A stretch of DNA of 47,114 nucleotides, taken from Candidatus Eiseniibacteriota bacterium (lineage in GTDB: Bacteria; Eisenbacteria; RBG-16-71-46; DASYSL01). Positions within the stretch are counted from its first letter, which is position 1, and every line of letters begins with the position of its first letter. The notes under the pieces were generated by a model. That model ran no database searches. It was not told the origin of the DNA and worked only from the letters and a program-made list of their open reading frames with translations. Shown here piece by piece: positions 40,022 through 47,114 of the stretch. The stretch is taken from contig JBKJJJ010000203.1 of assembly GCA_046598045.1 (NCBI GenBank), forward strand, positions 1 to 47,114. Direction: 5' to 3'. Position numbers and translations under genes: made by a program.

Positions 40022-41823
40022 GCGTCCGACGCCTCGATCCCCGCCGTCGCGGGGTCGAGGCGCTCGAGCAGGCCCCCGAGCAGGCGGCAGGCGAACGCGA
40101 CCTCGGCGAGCATCCACGCCGCCGCGATCACCGCGCCGACGATCGCGCACGCCGGCCCGATCAGCGGGGACAGGAGCCACGCCGCGATGCCCCCCGAAGC
40201 GGCCGCCGGCAGCGCGACCACGCTGAGCGCGAACAGCGTACCGAACAGCGTGAGCACGCGCGTCCCCGAAGCCTCGAAGCCGCGCCCGCGGTTGTTGCCG
40301 ACCTGGACCCACGCCGGGAAGATCACCACCAGCGCGTTCTGCAGCGCGACCGCGACCAACGTGAGCGCGGGCAGGACGACGATCGCCGCGCCCCCCGCGG
40401 CGAACAGCCACGGCGCGGAGACCTGCCCGATCGAGGTCGCGCCCGACATCACGAGCGCGAACATCCCGAGCAGGACCATCAGCCACTGCAGCGCCGCGAG
40501 CGCGATCCACGAACCGAGGATCTCGCCCCACACCACGGCGTGGCCCGCGATCGGCATGGTCTTGATCATGTCGATACGGAACAGGTCCTCGCGCAGGTCA
40601 TTGCGCATGAATACCGGCCCGAACACCGAGGTGAAGGCGGCGACCTGGGAGGCAAGCAGCGCGACGATCAACCACAGGCCCTCGCGCCCGTGCGAGATCT
40701 GGATGGTCCACGTGATCATCGCGAGCAGGAACGCTCCGAGCGCGAACAGCGCGCGGAACGGCGTGACCCGCGACAGGTTGACGAGGTTCTTCCACACCAG
40801 CGCGACCTCGGGCCGGCCCTTCGGGGAGAGCTTCCACGGAAACGTCCCGGCGCGCTTGACCAGGCGGCCGCCCCGTTGCACGCCCTCGATGCGTGCCGCG
40901 CGCTTGGCGGCGACCTTCTGCGAAAGCTCGAGCGAGGCCTCCTCGAACGACGTGTCCGAGCGCACCACCCACACGTAGTGGACGAGCAGGATCAGCGCGC
41001 CGATCCCGCCGTAGCGCAGGAACTCGGCCGGCGTGTTCGCCAGCAGCAGCCGCGGGAGCGCGAGGAACGGCCAAAGCACCACGCCGCCGATCCCGCTGTT
41101 GCCGGCGTGCGCGAGCGCGCGGCTGAAGACGCCGAAGCGCTCGAACGAGGGCTCGCCGCTCGGCCCGATCCACGACGCGGCGGCGTCCGCGAGCGCGGTC
41201 CAGGCCTCGCGCGCGCTCACCACCACGCCGATCACGATCACGAGCACGACCGCGATCGACAGGAGGCGCCGGCGCACGCCGCTCCAGCCGGCCTCGATCA
41301 GGTCCGTGCGCACGAACGACGCGCCGATGCCGTGGAGGTGACCGATCGCGAAGAACAGCCAGATCGCGAGCAGGCGCGCCCAGCCGCTCGGCTGGGTCAG
41401 CCGCGCGCCCGAGAAGAACGCCGAGATCAGCGCGCCGAAGAGGATGCCCATCTGCGCCTGCATGAGCTTGTACTGGACGAGCTGCCGACGGGTGATCGGC
41501 GCCGGGAACAGAAAGTGGAGCTCGGCGGGCGAGAACGCGAGCGCGGCCTTCTTCGACGGCAGAATCCAGAGCAGCGCGATCCACAGGAAGATCGCCACGC
41601 CGCCGACGAACACCAGCGCCTCGCGCACGTCGGGCGGCAGCATCCCCCAGTCGGCGACGCGCACGTGCCTGCCGCCCATCAGCGGGCGCAGGATCCACAT
41701 GCCGAACCACAGGAGGCCGGCCGCGAACGGCACGACGTAGCGCGGCTCGCGCAGGCGCGCGATGCGGCGCTTGACCTGGTTCCGGAACGAGTGCGAGAGC
41801 AGATACGAGAAGACGCCGATCAC
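40018..41823 (-). CDS. Putative ABC exporter membrane subunit
   Basis: Multi-TM protein with FSPAELHFLFPAPITRRQLVQYKL and FEEASL; GTGA overlap with the ABC ATPase. Confidence 0.85.
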   Translation of the reverse strand: MIGVFSYLLSHSFRNQVKRRIARLREPRYVVPFAAGLLWFGMWILRPLMGGRHVRVADWGMLPPDVREALVFVGGVAIFLWIALLWILPSKKAALAFSPAELHFLFPAPITRRQLVQYKLMQAQMGILFGALISAFFSGARLTQPSGWARLLAIWLFFAIGHLHGIGASFVRTDLIEAGWSGVRRRLLSIAVVLVIVIGVVVSAREAWTALADAAASWIGPSGEPSFERFGVFSRALAHAGNSGIGGVVLWPFLALPRLLLANTPAEFLRYGGIGALILLVHYVWVVRSDTSFEEASLELSQKVAAKRAARIEGVQRGGRLVKRAGTFPWKLSPKGRPEVALVWKNLVNLSRVTPFRALFALGAFLLAMITWTIQISHGREGLWLIVALLASQVAAFTSVFGPVFMRNDLREDLFRIDMIKTMPIAGHAVVWGEILGSWIALAALQWLMVLLGMFALVMSGATSIGQVSAPWLFAAGGAAIVVLPALTLVAVALQNALVVIFPAWVQVGNNRGRGFEASGTRVLTLFGTLFALSVVALPAAASGGIAAWLLSPLIGPACAIVGAVIAAAWMLAEVAFACRLLGGLLERLDPATAGIEASDA

Positions 41824-42560
41824 GACGAGGTCGCATCCCCGCGCGCGGTCACGGTCAGGAAGATATCCTCGAGGCTCGCGTCGCGCGCGAGGCCTGGCGC
41901 GAGCGCGCGAATTTCCTCGAGCGTGCCGAGCGCCACACGCTGCCCGCCCTGCAGGATGAGCACGCGGCCGGCGATCTCCTCGACCAGGTGGAGCAGGTGC
42001 GAGCTCACGACCACCGCCGCGCCACGCCGGGCGCGCTCGACGATCGTGGCCTTCATGCGGCGGATCCCGAGCGGGTCGAGCCCGGTCAGCGGCTCGTCGA
42101 AGAACAGCGCATGCGGCTCGTGCAGGAGCCCGCACGCGATCGCGAGCTTCTGCTTCATGCCGCGCGACAGCTCCCCGGGGAGCACGTCGGCCTTCTCGGT
42201 GAGCTCGAGTTCCTCGAGCAGCGCCTGCCCGCGCGCCTCGGCGTCCGCGACCTGGTAGAGGCGCGCGGTCAGGCCGAGGTGCTCGCGCACGGTGAGGTAC
42301 TCGAACAGGTGGGGCTCGTCGGGCAGCCACGCGAAACGGCGCTTGGCCTCGACCGCGTCCTTGACGACGTCGTGGCCCTCGATCGTCACCGTGCCGAGCG
42401 AGGGGCGCAGGATCCCGACCATGCAGCGCAGCGTGGTGGTCTTGCCGGCGCCGTTCGGTCCGACGAGACCGAGGATCTCGCCGGGCGCGACGCTGAAGTC
42501 GAGATCCTTGACGGCGACGAACTCGCCGTAGAGCTTGGTCAGTCCCTGCACCTGGATCAA
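41820..42560 (-). CDS. ABC transporter ATP-binding protein
   Basis: GPNGAGKTT, LSRGMKQKL, FDEPLTGLDP, SSH; TTG start with AAGGA SD. Confidence 0.93.
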   Translation of the reverse strand: MIQVQGLTKLYGEFVAVKDLDFSVAPGEILGLVGPNGAGKTTTLRCMVGILRPSLGTVTIEGHDVVKDAVEAKRRFAWLPDEPHLFEYLTVREHLGLTARLYQVADAEARGQALLEELELTEKADVLPGELSRGMKQKLAIACGLLHEPHALFFDEPLTGLDPLGIRRMKATIVERARRGAAVVVSSHLLHLVEEIAGRVLILQGGQRVALGTLEEIRALAPGLARDASLEDIFLTVTARGDATSS

Positions 42561-42635
42561 GGGGTCATCCTTTCCGCCGGGCGCGGGGCGAGCCCCCGGG
42601 CGCCGGCGGAAGTTAGCACACGATCGAGGGCCGGG

Positions 42636-43946
42636 TCAGCGCGCGAGACCGAGGTTCGCGGGCGGGACCGGGTTGCGCGCCGGGGCGGCCTTACCGGTGC
42701 GGCCGTCGCGGGGCAGGACCGGGGCGTGCGCGAGGTAGGACACGACGCCGCGGGCGATCTGGTCGCCCATCTCCTGCTGGAACCCGGGGTCCTTGAGCAG
42801 GCGCTCCTCGGCCGGGTTGTTGATGAACGCGGTCTCGACCAGCACCGAGGGCACGGTCGGCGACTTGAGCACGGCGAACCCGGCCTGGCGCACGCCGCGC
42901 ACCTCGAGCCGGCGGCCGCCCTCGATCTCGCCCAGGATCGCCTCGGCGAGCACCGACGATTGCTGCATCGATTCGGTCTGCTTGAGGTCGTAGAGAATCC
43001 CCACCAGGTCGTCGTCCTGGCCCGAGGACGGACCGTCCGAGACCTTGTCGGCCGAGTTCTCGACCTCGGCGAGCGCCTTCGAGGCCTCGTCCGACGCGCT
43101 CGACAGCGAGAGGAAGTAGACCTCGGTCCCGCTGCCCGTGCGCGTGCGCGACGAGTTGCAGTGGATCGAGACGAACACGTCCGCCTGGTAGCGCTCGGCG
43201 ACCCGGTAGCGCTCGCGCAGGGGCACGTCGTAATCCCCCGAGCGCGTGAGCACGACCTGGACGCCCGGCTGGCGCTCGAGCGCGTCCTTCAGCCGGCGCG
43301 CGATCGCGAGCGTGACGTCCTTCTCGTAGGTGCGCTGGGGACCGATCGCCCCCACCGCCTCGCCGCCGTGGCCCGGATCGATCACCACGATGCGGCGCGC
43401 GCTCGCGGTCAGGCGATCGACGCGCACGCGTTCGGCGGCATCGCGCTCGGCCTGGCCGGGCCGGATCACGTCCACGACCACGCGCGCGGCCTGGCCGGTC
43501 TCGCCTTCGAGGCCGAACACGCGGGGCGGGTGCCACTCCACGACGTGCACGGTCAGGCGGAAGCCTTCGGGCGTCTCGTCGGCGTCGATCGAGCGCACCG
43601 CGCCGTCGTTGAGCGCTGGTGCCTCGAACGCGGGGGAGCGCACGCCCTTGGGCACGATCACGGCGAAGCTGCGCGACGACGAGTCGGCCGCGATGCGGAA
43701 GCCGCTCGAGCGCGAGAGATCGAGCACGAGGCGCGTCGTGTTCGGGCCGGTATAGGTTCGCAACGTCTGCGCCACGGGCGCGGGCGGCGGGGCGGGCGGG
43801 CGCCGCCTGCGGGCCGACGCCTGCTTCCGCTTCGCCCGATGCGCGAACGCCGCCTCGGGCGCAAAAGGCCCCGGGGCGGCGGTCGTGATCCACGCGGCCG
43901 CGAGCAGCACGGCGAGCGCGCGACGGAGGGAAACGCGGCGAGTCAG
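42636..43946 (-). CDS. amiC: N-acetylmuramoyl-L-alanine amidase (AMIN plus Amidase_3); start uncertain, CTG proposed
   Basis: TRLVLDL (AMIN-like), IDPGHGG, EK, LTRSGD, FVSIHCNS, AGFAVLK, VLVETAFINN. Confidence 0.9.
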   Translation of the reverse strand: MTRRVSLRRALAVLLAAAWITTAAPGPFAPEAAFAHRAKRKQASARRRRPPAPPPAPVAQTLRTYTGPNTTRLVLDLSRSSGFRIAADSSSRSFAVIVPKGVRSPAFEAPALNDGAVRSIDADETPEGFRLTVHVVEWHPPRVFGLEGETGQAARVVVDVIRPGQAERDAAERVRVDRLTASARRIVVIDPGHGGEAVGAIGPQRTYEKDVTLAIARRLKDALERQPGVQVVLTRSGDYDVPLRERYRVAERYQADVFVSIHCNSSRTRTGSGTEVYFLSLSSASDEASKALAEVENSADKVSDGPSSGQDDDLVGILYDLKQTESMQQSSVLAEAILGEIEGGRRLEVRGVRQAGFAVLKSPTVPSVLVETAFINNPAEERLLKDPGFQQEMGDQIARGVVSYLAHAPVLPRDGRTGKAAPARNPVPPANLGLAR

Positions 43947-43948
43947 CG

Positions 43949-45532
43949 CTAGTCCTTGAGCTTCAAGGGAACGTAGCGCGTGGCGAAGCGGCCGGAGCTC
44001 CAATCGACGTCGCCGATCAGCACGCGGATCGGGCGGCCGCCGGGCTTCGCGAGGCGCACCGCGGCGCCGAGGTCCGCCGGGCTCGCCACGTCGCGGCCAT
44101 TGGCCTCGATCAGGAGCTGACCCTCGGTGATCCCCGCGATGTCCGCGGGACCGCCCTCGTCGACCTGCGTCACCACCACGCCCTTGGCGTCCTCGCCGAG
44201 CGCTTCCTTCTCGCGCGTGTTGAGCGCGCGCACGGTCAGGCCGGCGCCCGAAGCCACCGCGCGCGGATCGTCGCTGCCGTCCGCCGTGGGCGCGCGCTCG
44301 CCGCGATTGCGGCCGGGCGCCTGGGCGAGCATGACGTCGCGGTTCGCGAGCGTGACCTGGACGTCGCTCTGCTTGCCCTCGCGCAGCAGGCTGACCAGCA
44401 CGTGCTTCTCGACCGGCGTGTCGGCCACGCGCAGGCGGAATCCGGTCACGTCCTGCACGCGCTGCCCGTCGAACGCGGTGATGATGTCGCCGCGATGGAT
44501 CCCGGCGCGTGACGCCGGCGAGTCATCGGACACGTTCTGCACGACGACGCCCGCGTTGACCGCCACGCCGTACGACTCGGCGAGGTCCGGCGTGAGCTCT
44601 GCGGGCTCGACGCCGAGGAAGCCGCGCACGACCTTGCCCGAGGCGACGAGTTGCTCGGCGATGTGCTTCGCGAGGTTGATCGGAATCGCGAAGCCGATGC
44701 CCTGCCCCTGCGCGTTGATCGCGGTGTTGATGCCGATCGCCTCGCCGCGCAGGTTGACCAGCGGCCCGCCCGAGTTGCCGAAGTTGATCGACGCGTCGGT
44801 CTGGATGAAGTCCTGGTAGTCGGGCGCCCCGCCCGCGATGTTGAGCGAGGAACGGCCGCGCGCGCTCACGATGCCGGCGGTGACCGAGCCCTGGAGCTCG
44901 CCCAGCGGATTGCCGATCGCCATCACGTACTCGCCGACGCGAATCCTGTCCGAGTCGCCGAGCGGCAGCACAGGCAGGTCGCCGGTGGCCTTGATCTGGA
45001 TGACCGCCACGTCGGTCGCCTGGTCCTGCCCGATGACCTTCGCCTTGAACACGCGCTTGTCCGAGAGCGTGACCGTGATCTCGGAAGCGTCGCGCACGAC
45101 GTGGTTGTTGGTCAGGATGCGCCCGTCCTTGGCGATCAGGAACCCGGAGCCGGACGCGGGCACGGTCATCGTGCGGCCGTGCGGGCTCGCGCCGTTGCCG
45201 CCCGGCGGATCGCCGAACATGCGGTGGAACAGGTCGCCATCCTCGCCGTCCGCCATCCCGCCGTTGCCCACCTTGCGCTTGGTGTCGATGCTCACGACGG
45301 CGGGCGCGGCGCGCTCCACCACGGCGACGAACGGGCTCTCGCCGCCTGCGAGCGGAGCCGCGGTGAGCGCGGCGTTGACCATCTGGGTCGAGGAAGCGGT
45401 CTGGGCGATCGAATCGGGCTGGACGCGCAACGTCCCCGCGAGGGCGAGACCGAGCACGAGACCCACGGCGACGAACAGTCCGGCGGAGGCCCAGAAGCGC
45501 GCCGGACGAGCAGTCGGACGGTCGGTGGACAT
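43949..45532 (-). CDS. degP: DegP/HtrA (Do) serine protease with two PDZ domains
   Basis: SGSGF, LTNNHVV, TDVAV, AIGNP, QTDASINFGNSGGPL, two PDZ-like domains; GAGGAGG SD. Confidence 0.93.
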   Translation of the reverse strand: MSTDRPTARPARFWASAGLFVAVGLVLGLALAGTLRVQPDSIAQTASSTQMVNAALTAAPLAGGESPFVAVVERAAPAVVSIDTKRKVGNGGMADGEDGDLFHRMFGDPPGGNGASPHGRTMTVPASGSGFLIAKDGRILTNNHVVRDASEITVTLSDKRVFKAKVIGQDQATDVAVIQIKATGDLPVLPLGDSDRIRVGEYVMAIGNPLGELQGSVTAGIVSARGRSSLNIAGGAPDYQDFIQTDASINFGNSGGPLVNLRGEAIGINTAINAQGQGIGFAIPINLAKHIAEQLVASGKVVRGFLGVEPAELTPDLAESYGVAVNAGVVVQNVSDDSPASRAGIHRGDIITAFDGQRVQDVTGFRLRVADTPVEKHVLVSLLREGKQSDVQVTLANRDVMLAQAPGRNRGERAPTADGSDDPRAVASGAGLTVRALNTREKEALGEDAKGVVVTQVDEGGPADIAGITEGQLLIEANGRDVASPADLGAAVRLAKPGGRPIRVLIGDVDWSSGRFATRYVPLKLKD

Positions 45533-45599
45533 GACTTTCGTTTCCTCCTCTGCGCGCGCGGCGCGGAGCGTTGACGATGACAGGGGCGAACGCACTTCC

Positions 45600-45629
45600 A
45601 TGCTAGGGAGCGTGGCCGACCGCGGTCAA
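45600..45629 (-). promoter_or_regulatory. sigma70-type promoter of degP-amiC
   Basis: TTGACC, 18 nt, TAGCAT. Confidence 0.6.
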
Positions 45630-45710
45630 GGAGCGCGGCCGCCTTCACAGCAAATTGGCGCAGCCGCGGCGGCCCTTGCCGATCCGGGGGGATTTGGGCA
45701 CTCTGCCGCC

Positions 45711-46514
45711 ATGGCTTCCCGCTCCATGACGCCCCCCGAAGGCGCCACCCTGTTCCTCTCGGACGTCCACCTCGGCGCCGGCCGCCCCGTCGACGACGCG
45801 GCGCGGGCGGGGCGATTGCTCGCGTTCCTCGACCGTCACGGCCGGAGCGCCCGGCGGTTGTTCGTGCTCGGCGACCTGTTCGACTTCTGGTTCGACTATC
45901 GGCATGCGATCCCGAAGGCGCACCTGAAGGTGGCCGCGCGCCTCGGCGCGCTCGTCGACTCCGGGGTCCCGGTGACGTTCTTCGGCGGCAATCACGACTT
46001 CTGGGCGGGACCCTTCCTGTCCGAAACCTTCGGGATCGAGGCGCACGATCGCCCCGCGACGCTGCCGCTCGACGGCCGCGCGGTCGCGCTCATGCACGGC
46101 GACGGGCTGGCCAGGGGCGATGCGGGCTACAAGGCGCTCAAGGGGCTGCTGCGCAACCGCTGGACGATCGGCGCCTACCGCGCCCTCCATCCCGACCTCG
46201 GGATCCCGTTCGCGCTCTGGGTGTCGCGCGCGTCGCGCCACAGCCGGGACGAGTCGGCGGTCGACCGCGAGTGGCTCTATCGCCAGCTCGCGCTGCCGCG
46301 CTTCGCCGAGGGCGCCGACGCGGTGATCACGGGGCATTACCACCACCCGACGCACTTCCGCCGCGAGGGACGCGATTTCCTGGTGCTGGGCGACTGGGTG
46401 ATGCATTCCACGTTCGCGTCGCTGGCGGACGGCCGCTTCGCGCTGTGGTCGTGGGATGGAGCGATCGCCCGGCCGTGGGACGGCCCCGGCGTGGATCCGG
46501 AGGCGCTCCCTTAA
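45711..46514 (+). CDS. lpxH: UDP-2,3-diacylglucosamine diphosphatase
   Basis: FLSDVHLG, LGDLFDFWF, GNHDFW, HGD, GHYH, LGDW. Confidence 0.85.
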   Translation: MASRSMTPPEGATLFLSDVHLGAGRPVDDAARAGRLLAFLDRHGRSARRLFVLGDLFDFWFDYRHAIPKAHLKVAARLGALVDSGVPVTFFGGNHDFWAGPFLSETFGIEAHDRPATLPLDGRAVALMHGDGLARGDAGYKALKGLLRNRWTIGAYRALHPDLGIPFALWVSRASRHSRDESAVDREWLYRQLALPRFAEGADAVITGHYHHPTHFRREGRDFLVLGDWVMHSTFASLADGRFALWSWDGAIARPWDGPGVDPEALP

Positions 46515-46520
46515 AAGAGC

Positions 46521-47114
46521 CTAGAGCCGGGCGCCGAGCGCGATGCGGTGGGAATTCCCGAGCTGGTCGTGGTAGGGCACGAACGCGTAGTCGATGTCGA
46601 AGCGCCCGACCGCGATCCCCGCGCCCGCGGTGAGGTCGGCCGCGTCCTGGCCGAGCATCCAGCCCGCCCGCAGCGCGAGGCTCGGCACCGGGAGCACCTC
46701 GAGTCCGAGCCGGCCCTCGACGCCATTGCCCTTGAGCTTGAGCACGTCCGCCGCCGCGCGCCAGCCGAGCCCGCCCGCGTGCGCGCGCCCGTAGCTCGCG
46801 CCTGCCGAGACCGTGAGCGGCTGGGGCACCTTCGCGCCGTCGGCGCCGGAGTCGGTCTTGAACGACGGGCTCCGCCCGAGATTGCGCACCGCCGCCCCGA
46901 GCATGAGGCCCCTCATCGCCGGTACCGCGTACAGCCCGCCGGCCGAAATGCCGAGCGCGGACGCGCCGCTGCCGCCCAGGTCCTCGTGCGCCCACTGCAG
47001 CGCCCCGCCGAGCCTCAGGCCCTTCGCGGCGGTCGCCGCGTAGCCGAACGTCACCGCGAGGTCGTCGGCGCCGAACGAGCCCGTCAGGTTGCCGAGCGGG
47101 TCGCGCTCCTCGAT
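46521..47114 (-). CDS. PorV/PorQ-family outer-membrane beta-barrel (5' end truncated)
   Basis: Frame open to the window edge (IEERDPLGNLTGSF..DLAVTFGYA); GAAVRNLG, LALRAG, IDYAF..LGNSHRIAL. Confidence 0.8.
   Translation of the reverse strand: MEERDPLGNLTGSFGADDLAVTFGYAATAAKGLRLGGALQWAHEDLGGSGASALGISAGGLYAVPAMRGLMLGAAVRNLGRSPSFKTDSGADGAKVPQPLTVSAGASYGRAHAGGLGWRAAADVLKLKGNGVEGRLGLEVLPVPSLALRAGWMLGQDAADLTAGAGIAVGRFDIDYAFVPYHDQLGNSHRIALGARL

Overview
High-GC bacterial chromosomal window, mostly on the - strand, from a diderm, LPS-making organism (lpxH, mlaEFD). A PorV/PorQ-like barrel and the Mur[10 protein letters not shown] signature suggest the FCB superphylum, possibly Ca. Eisenbacteria-like (inference). 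Housekeeping blocks: yicC-gmk-rpoZ-coaBC-udg-dnaB-mlaEFD-radA-ispD-ispF-ddl (1-11302, -), cysteine desulfurase-thiI (+), rqcH/NFACT (+), rho-rpmE-prfA-prmC-murA-selB (-), degP-amiC-ABC exporter (-), lpxH (+), and a truncated porV-like gene (-). The accessory part (26-40 kb) holds the best candidates. (1) A tightly coupled fur-histidine kinase-sigma54 regulator-cdaR(YbbR)-three small Pro-rich membrane protein operon with no cdaA. (2) Directly upstream, a roughly 240-nt non-coding structured element that ends in an intrinsic terminator. (3) A GT2-TM-CE4 deacetylase fusion. (4) A secreted Cys-rich protein whose HMA domain has lost its CxxC, behind a structured leader. (5) A YfkN-like tandem nucleotidase with an SLH-like linker. 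Also seen: two probable CTG start codons, several probable leaderless genes, and 11-bp-period direct repeats. No tRNA, rRNA, CRISPR array or mobile element was recognised. All calls are by-eye motif recognition; no searches or folding programs were run.
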